NCBI RefSeq assembly: GCF_964355755.1
Contig: NC_092676.1
Span: 18,122,871 to 18,186,870, forward strand
Length of the DNA: 64,000 bases
Origin: Antedon mediterranea
Taxonomy: Eukaryota; Animalia; Echinodermata
Reading direction: 5' to 3'
Position numbers and translations under genes: made by a program. Shown here in pieces: positions 1 to 13,500 of the stretch. The notes beneath the pieces were generated by a model. The model was not told where the DNA came from. It searched no databases and worked only from the letters and a program-made list of their open reading frames with translations. Position 1 is the first letter of the stretch; each line of letters begins with the position of its first letter.

Positions 1-90
1 TCAACCCTAATGTTACATAGCGAGGAGGCTTCGCATTTTCCTATCTCCTCCTACGATAATTGTTTTTAATAGCTGAAAACCGGTTGAACA

Positions 91-227
91 GCTAGAGTAC
101 ACCATCATAATGTTGAAGACAGGCCGATTTTCTTTAAAAAAATACTATTTTGATAGATTGCTAGAGTACACCATCATAATGTTGAAGACAGGCCGATTTT
201 CTTTAAAAAATACTATTTTGATAGATT
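91..227. repeat. Tandem duplication of a ~69-bp unit (2 copies)
   Basis: gctagagtacaccatcataatgttgaagacaggccgattttctttaaaaaa(a)tactattttgatagatt at 91-159 and 160-227; copies differ by one A. Confidence 0.9.
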
Positions 228-1493
228 TAATATACGATTATACAAATGTATTGATTTGCGATGAATGGAACATCCAGTAGTTTGGTTTAACACAAGTACT
301 GTAGGTAAATTTATGAGCCCTTGGTTTAACACATACGGTAGGTAAATATATGGGCCCTTTGAGAATAAACTTGCAATAGGTTCGGAAAATGTTAAAAACC
401 AATTTCTATTATTTGAATCGGTAAACAGTTTCCATTTATTATACATTGATAATGAAACATGAAATATTCCTATTTATGTCCCTCGAGGTTCATTACAATT
501 TATATTTAGTAGTCCCACGGACTTCATCTTAGCCACTCCCCCGAGTGCTAAGGCCAAATTTATGATACCCTACTTTCTATGTAGTTACAGTTAGTTCTTG
601 ACGATAATAATAATACAACGAATTTAGGTTACACCCTTCGGCCGCGAAAACGTTTCTGTACAAATATGATACCGATTGGCTTTATTTCATTCAACAGCGA
701 CCATAATCTCGGCAATTACAGGATAGATAAACTATTTTATTATTGATGTGCTTATAAATTAAGACTCATGTAAACAGCTTGATTACATCATTTTACAGAC
801 AAACGAAACTTTTTTAAACCTACTGTTTCAATAACTGAGTATAATACTGTATACGTTTTCATAAGTGCATATACATTTTCGTGTTTTCATTGACGAGATT
901 GTAATAGTAACTTCAGTAACTATTACAGTACTTATTTATTATACGACACAAGACAATTGTATCTGACAGGTACGTACATTATTCTAAAAAATAAGTCTAG
1001 ATAGATCCCTTAGGCGTCATAAATCACAGGCCAACAAATCAGTACTCATGACAGAAATTCGACCCAGTTTGGTTCACACAAATGTTTACAGGAAGTTCAA
1101 CACCACAACCGATGATTTGCCCTAAATATTTAGGTAGACTACAGTTTAATTTTTCACTGAATAGGAGCTTGAATTTCCGATTTCCATTTCGCAGAATGTC
1201 TAGGTCTATTTATTTAGTTTGGTTCTTATAATATATAAATACAATCAACTTTATTACTGCGGTTCCATCACCACCACCACGTGCTGCCGCCCAATTCCCG
1301 TACATACATTTCCATTTCTCCCTAATTTCTTTAATCCACATAAATTAATTGTCCTTTATGGAATCCAGTATTGGTTTTGTTGTCTCTATTTCTGAATACC
1401 CCAATTAGGGGGACACTTCCGTTTTTGTTTAGTGTCCCAAAAAAGTCCCCGTCCGTGGATTCTACTGTATTCGAGAACCATCTGTGAGCACCC

Positions 1494-1531
1494 CTAGATG
1501 GTACGCGAGCGAAGCGAGCGTGCCATCTAGT
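1494..1531 (+). mobile_element. Helitron-like 3' terminus (hairpin ending in CTAG|T)
   Basis: ctagatggtacgc-gagcgaagcga-gcgtgccatctag|t forms a 13-bp stem with one G-T pair and ends in CTAG followed by T. The 5' end was not located. Confidence 0.5.
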
Positions 1532-1577
1532 TATTACAAGTATAAGTAATAATACAATAAGTTCAAAACATACTTAC

Positions 1578-4500
1578 AATGATTGAACATTTATCAATTC
1601 ATGAAATATATTTGTTGGTAAATTACTAATTTGGTTGTTATTCAACCATCTGCAAAAATAAAATGACCAACATTTAAAATTTAAATTTCTCTACTTTATG
1701 TTAGACATGGTTTCACTAGTTTTCTTTATTTTATCTTCAAATAAGAAACATTTTTATAACTTTTTATAACAGAATTCATATCTTAAAAAAGAGAACACTG
1801 AAAATTTGTTTCATTTTTGCTAAAACCAATGCCTTAAATATATTTTATTTACATGAAAAGAATGTTGCAAAATTTTCTTTAATCATTTCACAATTAATTA
1901 ATTAATAAATTATTTTGCAACTATTTCCGTATTAATGAAATTAGAGTAATAATAACTATTATAAGTATAAAACACACAAATACAACGTTTGCATCAAATA
2001 CATCAGCTGGGAATTTCCATGAGAAATGGACAAAAATGTACATGACCTGAAAATTTAATTCTCAAAATATCATGTTACTAGCAGTAACCCGTGTTCCGCA
2101 CGGTCTTTTTCTGCCTTATTAATATGTTGTTATATACTTTGCATGGACAAGTATAATAACAACGCACTTTGATAAAAGTACTTTGACAAATTATTAAAAT
2201 GAAAGCAAATTGTATCACGAATAAAATTCGGAACTAACTGTATTTACGGCCATTGGTTTGTTATACACTATCCCTTCACTTTAAAATATATGTAGTTGTG
2301 CTGTGTAAATTAGATGATGCACGCAAACACACAACGAACGTATAAAAATGCCAAACTATATTATTATAGGTTTTTTTCGCGTTGTATTAATTATTTGATA
2401 CGTAGAGATAAAAAAAAGTGGACAAAAATCGAATGAAAAACACATTGCTGCAGAAACACGAATTGTTAAGTTTATTCATTTACATTTTATTTTTATTTCA
2501 CTGGTTTTGATATTTTGCAATTTTTTTGAATGGCAGATTTGTTACGTACTTGCTACTTTTGTAATTAAATTGGGGACCCCTCATGAGACGTCACAAAATC
2601 AACATGAATATTCCTTAATCATGTCCATAAGCTGTGACGTTAGAAATGATCAGCTAACTACAATTCGCTAATACAAAGGTTTTCTGTCGAGCCGTCTGTG
2701 TAGTCGAGTGGATTAGACTATGGACTTTACATGTCGATGTATGGGGTTCGAATCCTATGAGCAAGTTCTTTTTAATTTATAGTGAGAGAGATTACTTCCG
2801 TACGAAAAAAAAAAAATCGCTTCCCAGCCCCTGACAAATTGTTTTTTTTGTTAAACAAACAAATTGTCAACAATACAATTTGAAACTATTTACGGCCTGC
2901 CGCCATTGATTTTGTTATACACGGAGTATTCCTTTACTTTGAAATATCTGTAAGCTACAAAATGAAATACTGGATTTGGGGTGCGCCTCAGAAAGTGACA
3001 ACGTGCATGAGCGGAACAGACTTGAACGTCCATATCAAGCACGTTTTGTTACATCCAGTGATTTGTAATAGCCGAAGGCTGGATGGCAATCTATAGTGTT
3101 ATCGCAGTTCAGGAATTGATTCTCCATGGAGAGGGAACCAACAAGATGGCGGCTGCAATCGACCAATCAGATATGTCCTACGCAGTACGCCTGTGTTGAG
3201 CCTATCTGCGTGAGAACGATACGCAACGCAGCGCGTTAAGCATATAAACGCGAACGCATTCTATATGATCCTCGTCAAAGGCGAAAATTAGGAGTTTATT
3301 GACGGTTTTATGATTTTTATTACAAATACAAACAAATACTTTGCGACTAATTTGAGACCACAATTATCACTTTTTGACCAGTGGTTGATGAGATATTCAT
3401 ATGGCCAATTTCTTGACCAGTGGTCAGAAAAGGGTTTCTGTTCACTTTTGGCAAAAATTACCCATTAGAGTGACTAGAAATATGGGTCTTCTGAGTAGTT
3501 TGGCACAAAAATATTCCAATACACCCAGTAGTTATCAAGTCCTGACTTTGACCATATTGACCTTTTTGCCCATGTACTGACCAAGCATCTTAATTTTTTT
3601 TCGGCCAACAGCAAAAAATTGATTTGTATAGATATAAGGAAGCAAAAAAACATTGTTAACATAGTTTGCTAGAGGGTGCTCAACTAAGTTATTACTTTAT
3701 TGTTTTAAAAACAAAGAGGCAATTAATAACTTTATTTGTTGGCAGAAAGAGGCCAACAACACTGTATTGCATTGTCAACTGGTATGTGATAGCTTATTAC
3801 TTTGGTCTTGAAAACAAAGAGGCAATCAATAACTTTTCAAAACTGGATTTGAGAGAAGTAATCTTCTTAAAATAAAAAATATTGACAAGTTGTTTCATGA
3901 ATTGAAATATACACGGATACAAGGAAACTTTATTCATCCCAACTTGGGAAATTGTGTTGCTGTCTTATTACAATGCCGTAAAGAAAAGAGAAATGATAGG
4001 CATAAAACATAAGTGTGATAATAATAATAATAACAAAAATAGTGTATTCTAAATAAATAAATAGAAAACATACAGGGCTATTATTAGGATATATATATAC
4101 CATCTGAGGAAATTCTTATAGTGTTGAAATGTTGACACATTTGTTGAAAATTAAAATGTTCATAATAATCTCAGTTGACAGTTCAACATTTTACTTTTAA
4201 TACATTGTTTACATTAATAATTAAAGTGAGAGGTGGAGGTGAATCACCTGGATTACATTTGATGTAAACTTTAAACATTAGAAAATATATTTAAACTGAG
4301 TGAAAACATTCTGTCCTTTTAAGATGTATTGTCCCAAACAATAATTTAGGAAGATTAATAAAATCAGATTTTGAATACTGTAAAGCCCAAAATGTTTGCG
4401 ATTTTGTTTCGCGACCTTTTATTTTCGCCACAGTTTCTTGTGTAATTTGTTAAACCAAATTGGCGAATGTAATTTGCCTCAGCGATGAACATCAAACAAC

Positions 4501-7500
4501 GTTTGAATAGCTAAGAGTAAAATTACAGAATACGCAATTGTAATCATTACATAATTGTAATTATTTTAGCAGTCAATCTTCCCACGGCGCCACGCGTGTC
4601 GATTGCTGTGAGGAGGAATTTTATCATTGTTTTGAGCGAGGCAGCGCAGGCCTAGCTAGCATTTTCGATTTATTTTAATGTTTTAATTACACCTGAACAA
4701 ACAATATACTGTAAATGATTGGGGTTTGTAAATGTAACTAGGCCTATTTTATTTTCATTTTTCCTATATTTAGGCTAGAGCTGGCCTGATCGACTGTAGG
4801 CCTAAACAACATCGTAGGGAATTTCGCGATTTTCTTGCGCCTTTTATTTTCGCGATCGTTGTTCAATCGCGAAAATAAAGGGTGCGCGAACATTTTGGGC
4901 TATACAGTAGTCCATTTTGTAGCTTTAATAAAGTTAATCACTTTTGTAGAAAATAAATACAAAATAAACAGTTAAATTTAACCAAAAACCAATTGGCTGG
5001 TAGCCAATTTGACTATTTTTTGCTTTAAATTTTAGTTTTTTAAGGTAAATATATATTTTGTTTCAATCCAAATTTTGGTAAAAGTGAGTTAATATTTTGT
5101 AACATTAAAATTGGATATTCAACAAAAAATGTAAAACAATTATTTTTTCAGGGGGACAACATATCTTTAGAGAACAAAAAATTATTCTGTAATCACACAT
5201 AGGTAAATTGTGAACTTACATCCCTTGGAGACTTGATAAATTATTAGCCTTAAAGATATTTAAAACCCTCTCATCATACTCTTGCAGCCACCTATGAAAT
5301 AATAAAATTACAAGACTTGCAACAATTTGTAAAACCATAAATAAATCTTTTATTGTCTTGAATGATCTTGCTGATTTTATGGTGACACAAAAAATCAGTT
5401 CCATCATTACATGCACAATTTAGTTTTTGGTATAATACATGCAAGAACAATCGACAACTATCTTTGGGCATCTTAATTAACTACTTTTGGGAAAGTTGAA
5501 AGTTGATTCTGTTTCACATACTATTTCCAACGATGATGAAATATGAGAGGAATAAAAGACAGTAAAAACTACCCTGTATAAAGTGTTCTCTGTAAATTCA
5601 TTTATTCACCTTATTTATTTATTACACATACATAAGTCAGACTTTAGTGAGAAATGCACTTAAAATGGTTTATTTTATTCCTTTCAGCAAAAACCACAGA
5701 AACAAACAATCAAACAACACAAAAGAAGCGGAGTGCTGAGGAGGGTCAAAAGCTGTACATCATACATTTCTAAAAATGTTTTAAACGTATACATCATACC
5801 CTAACAAATAATTCAAAAATTTTATCATTTAAAGTTGAAGAAAGTCAGGTCTGGGGTCCATTCTATTGTCGCCACAGATTGACTTCTTCATCAGTACTTC
5901 TATGAATGAATGATTCAGGGCTGCAAATTAAGGGGTATTTGGTCGCATTTGCGACCTAATTTTTCTGTTTGCGACTATTGAAACAGAATAGGTCGCGCAT
6001 AGCGCGACAAGATCGTCTGCTTGTGCGAGTTGTTTCAAACAAATTGAAGTCGGGTGTGTTTTCCCTATTTCAAACACTGTGTAATTTAATCTCTCTACTA
6101 CGGAAAGCTCAGGAGTTTCAACTAGTCACCGCCGCCGCAAAGGATTCAGGTTCATTCAAGCGTACAAAGCCCCTAAACATTTTACACTCGTTGAGATTGG
6201 AAGTTCGTCCATTTATTGCATGCTGCCTTACCCAATCACACAAAAGGACAACAAACACATAGCACAGTGTGACGCGCGGACGACACAAACCTCGTGGAAA
6301 ATCACCTCCGTTTTAAAGAAGGAATATAAAATCAATTGTACCGCCGTACACAGAAGTTAGCCAGGGCGGGCGCGGTAGATACAAAGGATTGTCGCCGCGC
6401 AGTCATCAGCATTTTTTAGGCAGTATAAATGGTTATATCATGATTAATAAATAATGTAATTAATGATATATATAATAATATCTATTAATTATATAGATTA
6501 AACAGCAGTATTGTTTATCAGTAGATTAAATATTTTATTCCAGATTCTGATTATCGAAAATTATATATCAGAGAAAATACCACAACTTTTCCTACGAAGT
6601 AGCTTCGTAGATAAACAGGCTACGTTGTTGGCTTTGTAGGTTACATTGTTTGGCTTCGTTAGTAACCTCAATAAACAACCTCACGATGTTCTTAGTAAGT
6701 AACAAGGTGTGAAAATTATTATTTAATGTGTTATTTTTGACTGGCGGAGGAGGACCAATTTGTACATTACTAAGAAATATATAATATCATAGTTTTTATT
6801 CGTAAATGTTTCATTCGTGTGTGTTTTTTTACTCTCAACGGCGAATATAAATTTCCCACAATGTAAACGTAGAGACACGATCCAACACAATGAACTATGC
6901 CAACTAATAAAAATAATATAGCGAACGTCCAGTCGATCCAGAAAGATGCAAACAAAAAGATCGTAAACAATTCATTCTAAATATAGTATCAGAACGTTCA
7001 ATTGGTCGCTCAAAAAGACTGCCGACAGAAGACCGTAATTAATACAGACCTAGTTTTTTGGTCACATGTCATGAAACGCGATACTCTGTTTTACCACCGC
7101 AAACCTCTCGCATGTTTTTTTTTACTCGGTACGAGGGGGATGGCTACAAAACAGTGTACCTGAATTTTGCGTCACATGAAACGTAATACAGCTCTAACCT
7201 AACAGTTTTTCCCCTCCAAATTCTGGTCGGGTATTTTGTCGTAATAATAATTTACAAAGGCCTATGTTAAATCTTAACATGGAATATATATTTATTTTGC
7301 ATATATTTTGTTGGTGTCCTAGCCAAGGTGTTGTTGTTTTTATAATTCGCTAAACCAAGGTAGGATTGAATCATGTAGGCCGCCGAAACTCTCTCTGCGT
7401 GAGCTGAGGGCCTCGGGCCCGATTTCGTCTCGTCGGCGGATGTCCTGCCAAATTAGGACAACCGATGTGTAGGGCGGCTACAAAATTAACGTCTAGGATT

Positions 7501-10500
7501 TTAATTAGCCAACAATACATATTTGTTTCCATTGTTTATGCTCCTAACTAAAGGCGATGACATTGGTGTTTACTTTTACAAATTACTAACCCTACGAACC
7601 ACCCTACGATCGACGCGTAGATATTATCATAAAATCGTAGGCATGGCAACGAACAATACTTTGGAAATTACAGGATATGTTTAGCGAACAATGACCTACG
7701 ATCTATTTACGCGTAGGCTACGAAAGGTTACGCGTATATACAAAGCAGTAATTTCTTTCGGTACCGTAAAAATAATAGATCTTGCAGGCCCGTAGCCAGG
7801 GGGGGTTTTTATGGTTCGGGCGAACCCCCCCTTTACAGCGAAACCCCCTTAACCGACTGCGAACCCCCATCCCCGACATGCCCAATACCTCACCCTCATC
7901 TCCAAAAATCCTCCAAATACGTGCCCCACAGTACAAAAAGTTGTTTGTAAATTGAAAAATTCGTAAACTTGTTCGTGAACCTTCTTCTCTGTATGAGCGT
8001 CAACTAGCGATACGTGTCTGTAAATTTCTAAAAGCAGCAAATGAATTGCCGATTTTAACCTGAAAAATAAATGTTTGGTCCCTGCATGTAACATGATATT
8101 GACGCGTCTCATAGCGAACTGGGGCACGAACGATTCGTACTAAGGACACCGCCAGATCACTGGCAGTCAGGCAGCATGCATAAAGTATATAGCCTTCCGA
8201 CGTACATCAGTATTTATGTGTGACTATGAAGTATAATGTATCATAGAGGATTATAGTGAATATTAATATTTTACACTATAATATCTATGGTATCAAGTAC
8301 TGTAGTTCACATTATGGCATCCGATTATTTTTTTCTAGACCACCAGCCGATACGTACTAAAATGTATCAATATCACCTATTTAAATATTTATATTCCTCA
8401 ACAAATTGCTGTAAATAAATATTATAGATAGAGCTAGCAAATAGCATTTGCCTTCAACCAGTGTGCTTTTTTCAGGGCTGCTCCTAGATGTACGTTCGCA
8501 TTGAACTTGAACGCAAAACAAAATACGAAGTAAATGATCAAACAATCGGCGGTTCCGCACAGAGCATGCGCATCTAACATACGGCAACAAATAGTTATTG
8601 TCCTTTAAATTATCGACGTGTTTGAGAAGGAGGAAAAAAGTACGATCTTTTTGCTCATTGGTAGCATGCTGCACGAGAGTGTCTTTTCCGGCCATCTAGG
8701 GGTGTCATTTAACAAAATTCGCTTCGCATCAGGGCCCACCCCCAGGGGGGGGGGGGGGGGGTTGACCCAAATATTTAGTGTCCGAACCCCCCCTTGACAG
8801 ATCCTGGCTACGGCCCTGTCTTGCGTGAATATAAGTGGCGCATCAGGACCAGTGCCTAAATGTGCATAACCCAAATTAATTGAATTCTTCAGTGCTGAAT
8901 TTTTATGTGCTCAGAAATCGATTGAAACAACCTATAATTACTCAAAAATCTCCCCCCCCCCCAAAGCGGGGCCATTGGCGGCCCCCTGACCCCCATCATG
9001 GATGGGGTTTGAGGGAAGGGGGTTAGTTGTCGATGAAAAGGTGCTACTAAAATAATTGGTGGTGCTACCAAAAATTTTTATGAGCCATCATACAAATTTG
9101 ATAGTGCTACCAAGTAAAAAAGTTAATTTGCAGCCCTGTGATTAGTTGGGAACATGAACGCTAGTTGATCATACCCAATACCATTTTAATTGTGCGATCA
9201 ATCGGGAAAAAAACCTCACAATAAATGGTTGGTGATTGTTGGTCATTTCAATTCAAGTACGTATTATTCTCTAATTCTTTAGTTTGTATTTACTTTGGAA
9301 ACATAACTACTGAATTCTTTATAAATCTATATTATATTATTTGAGAAATTGCAGGAAAGAAACTTTGTTTGTTGGTGAGTTTGCAATACTGAAGGAAACT
9401 AGCAGTAAGAAGACATTGAACATCTTAGGTAGAATAGCCAAGCTGATTGTGAAATTAATGTATATTATAGACATCAAAAGTGTAAAAAAGAACCCTGAGT
9501 TGAATACAACCATCAGGCTTTCAACTCATGAACATTTTCAATAAAACTATAAAACATTCAAAACACATTATATTCTTAACTAAATTTTGATTAATTCATT
9601 AATCTGTCACTTAAATGTTGAATCGATGTGCATCATTGATGAGGCTATTGTATTGCAGAAAAGTTTCTCATTTAAAAAAAAACGGTTATAGATGTCACAC
9701 TCGCTACAAGTTGGTTTTCATTCACGCATCATTTATCATTGATATGGCTGTTGCAAAGTACTAGACATCTATTAGAGGCTAAAATACTTTGAACTGTGTT
9801 CTGTTTCTATAAACCTGTTGTAAAGTACTAGACATCTATTAGAGGCTAAAATACTTTGAACTGTGTTCTGTTTCTATAAACCTGTTGTAAAGTACTAGAC
9901 ATCTATTAGAGGCCTAAATACTTTGAACTGTGTTCTGTTTCTATAAACCTGTTGTAAAGTACTAGACATCTATTAGAGGCTAAAATACTTTGATCTGTGT
10001 TCTGTTTCTATAAACCTGTTGTAAAGTACTAGACATCTATTAGAGGCCTAAATACTTTGAACTGTGTTCTGTTTCTATAAACCTGTTGTAAAGTACTAGA
10101 CATCTATTAGAGGCTAAAATACTTTGATCTGTGTTCTGTTTCTATAAACCTGTTGTAAAGTACTAGACATCTATTAGAGGCCTAAATACTTTGAACTGTG
10201 TTCTGTTTCTATAAACCTGTTGTAAAGTACTAGACATCTATTAGAGGCTAAAATACTTTGATCTGTGTTCTGTTTCTATAAACCTGTTGTAAAGTACTAG
10301 ACATCTATTAGAGGCCTAAATACTTTAAACTGTGTTCTGTTTCTATAAACCTGTTGCAAAGTACTAGACATCTATTAGAGGCCTAAATACTTTGAACTGT
10401 GTTCTGTTTCAACAAACCTGTTGCAAAGTACTAGACATCTATTAGAGGCCTAAATACTTTGAACTGTGTTCTGTTTCTATAAACCTGTTGTAAAGTACTA

Positions 10501-13500
10501 GACATCTATTAGAGGCCTAAATACTTTGAACTGTGTTCTGTTTCTATACACCTGTTGTAAAGTACTAGACATCTATTTGAGGCCTAAATACTTTGAACTG
10601 TGTTCTGTTTCTATAAACCTGTTGTAAAGTACTAGACACCTATTAGAGGCCTAAATACTTTGAACTGTGTTCTGTTTCTATAAACCTGTTGTAAAGTACT
10701 AGACACCTATTAGAGGCCTAAATACTTTGAACTGTGTTCTGTTTCTATAAACCTGTTGTAAAGTACTAGACATCTATTAGAGGCTAAAATACTTTGATCT
10801 GTGTTCTGTTTCTATAAACCTGTTGTAAAGTACTAGACATCTATTAAAGGCTAACATACTTTGAACTGTGTTCTGTTTCTATAAACCTGTTGTAAAGTAC
10901 TAGACATCTATTAGAGGCTAAAATACTTTGATCTGTGTTCTGTTTCTATAAACCTGTTGCAAAGTACTAGACATCTATTATAGGCCTAAATACTTTGAAC
11001 TGTGTTCTGTTTCTATAAACCTGTTGTAAAGTACTAGACATATATTAGAGGCCTAAATACGTTGAACTGTGTTCTGTTTCTATAAACCTGTTGTAAAGTA
11101 CTAGACATATATTAGAGGTCTAAATACTTTAAACTGTGTTATGTATCTATCATGAGGTGTTCCTTCCCTTTACCAATTTTGCTGATTTCTGACCATCATT
11201 TTAGGGATTAAGGTCTAGGACTGTTAATTGCATTTTAATTGGATTACGATAATAGCTTGTTTAGATTAGGAAGTTTATTGCTTAAGCAAGGTCAGCTAGT
11301 GCTCTCTGCCAAGTAAGCTGGAACTACTTTCTAAATTCATTAGCTCTGGTGTTATGTTTGTATTATAGGATTTCTTTTTCTACGATAATAATATGTGCTT
11401 TATTATATTTAAAGATGTACAGTATTGTCACCCAAAAACATGAACAATGAATATTTTATTTATTTTTTAAATACGCAATTTTGCAGATGCAAAAAATGTT
11501 TTCTCTTTAATAAAAAGGTAAATTCAATCAAAAACCATTGACTTTCAGTCAATTTGATTATTTTTTTCTATAAATTGTTTTTTTTTTATCCAATTTTTGG
11601 TCAAAGTAAATATCTTATGGGACTACATATACCTCCTCCTTGGCAGAGATAAAATATTGTCTTGAAAAAGTGAATAAAATATTGAATATGTTATTGTCAT
11701 TTATAGGTATTTCAACTCCTAATTAAAACATTTTTCTACCAATTGCAATTTTCTACCCAATTGGGAAACATTGTACTATCCATTTTAGCTTTCATGCTAG
11801 TCAAATCCGGGGCGTTTCGGCCTATAGACGATTCGTCCCGAGACGATTCGTCCCGAGACGATTCGTCCCGAGACGTTTCGGCCCGAGACGTTTCGGCCCA
11901 CTTTTTTTATGTCGAAACGTCAAACTTTTATAATTTTAAGCAGAACAAAATTGTATGTATAAAATTTTATTGCCGATGACAAAACTGAGTTTTATATTGT
12001 TTATATCCAGACGTAATTAAAATTATAAATTTAATTGCCACCGAGCGAAATTGTAGTGTAGACCCTAACTAATCCGTCCAAGCTACGCCCGCCTCACTCA
12101 TCGGCCATCCATGGTCCGCCGTCTCTCGATCGACTGATTATTATTAGTTTGAAAACAGCTTAGGGCATTTCTTAAGTGATTTTTTATTCAACGCGCGAGA
12201 AGCATGATGTTGGTCTCAATTTATAGTGGGCTGATTATTAGTTTGAAAACAGCTTAGGGCATTTCTTAAGTGATTTTTTATTCAACGTATTCTTCCTTGA
12301 TGAATCCTTTGCCCATTGCTAGGCTGTGTAAATCAGTAATTAAAGTTGTGATGCGAAAAGTGTGTGTAATTATTCCACAGATAAAACAAATAGGCATAAG
12401 AAACCAATCGCACAGGAACAGGACCTCGTGGTGTGCCGAGGAGAGACTTTCTTCTCGAGCGGAAGATCATCGTAAACAAAATTGGTAGAGTCCATTAAGT
12501 ATGGGGTTGTTTACTATTTACGAACATATTAAATACGCGCTTCGACCACCACCACCACCACCCTAAATTGATAATTGCGTATTCTGTAATCACGTGACTG
12601 ATGATGTAATTCTCAGCGACCTACTAAATGCACATGATTTAATGTGTTGGGAAAAAGCTTGCTGTTTATAATGCACATTGTTAACATCTATGCTGCCACA
12701 TAATTCACGGTGCTATTCGCGTTTCTTGGCGTAAATTGGCTGGCGCGTAAATGAAACAATTGATTTTACCAAATTGGTTCCTATTACTATTTAGCCGTTG
12801 TCGACATAGCGATCGGCGGCTAAGCTAAACTTACACTAGCAAACATTTGCTAGTTTTGACATTTTCAACTAACAATTATCAAGAATCTACTAGCAAAATG
12901 CTAGTTTGCTAGCGTGAATTTCGAGCCCTGTTATATATAAAATTAATACGCCATGCAATCAAGTAAACCATCTACATGCTCTCGACCTTGTGTGCAGCGG
13001 CCACAAAAATATTGTATTTTTTTTTAGCAGCCGCGCGACTCGGTCACTTAATTACGCACAAGAAAAATAGTTCGGAAATTTTATTACATCAAAATAAATT
13101 AAATCGTTTTTTCTCAATAATTAATATAATCATAATATTGACATTATAATATAACAATATTTACTGCAAAATAACGTGATTTAAGTGTTACAAATAGATA
13201 TACTAAAACAGCATTACGTCTTATGTAGGCCTAGTGCATGCATCATCGAGGAATTACTATCACTACGCTCATTGACATGATTGAAAATGTATTTTAACTT
13301 TCTTCTAGCTCCACGTAAACTTAACCGATTTTCACGATTCGAACATGTAAAAACAATATTTTTTTATAATGAATACAACTGTATGAATACTTTTATTTTT
13401 TTCTTTATGGAAACATTCATTTTATTTCGTTTGCTATATACACTGTATCTGTTTATCTTGCACTGTCAGACCACAAGCTGTGATTTATTGCAACTGGCTC

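Noticed and set aside
2695-2773. Functional tRNA-Val gene
   Set aside because: The acceptor and T stems do not pair properly; kept only as a tRNA-like cassette. The same applies to the SINE heads at 43697 and 44081.
3800-4200. Additional LRR exons
   Set aside because: LRR-like words (KITSLKSSFEKL, TNVSTFQHY) lack matched acceptor/donor pairs and 72-bp length.
11743-11979. ORF with a signal-like N-terminus and DDSSR repeats (neuropeptide-precursor-like)
   Set aside because: Starts at TTG; the repeats are 15-bp DNA repeats inside a transposon; no dibasic cleavage pattern.
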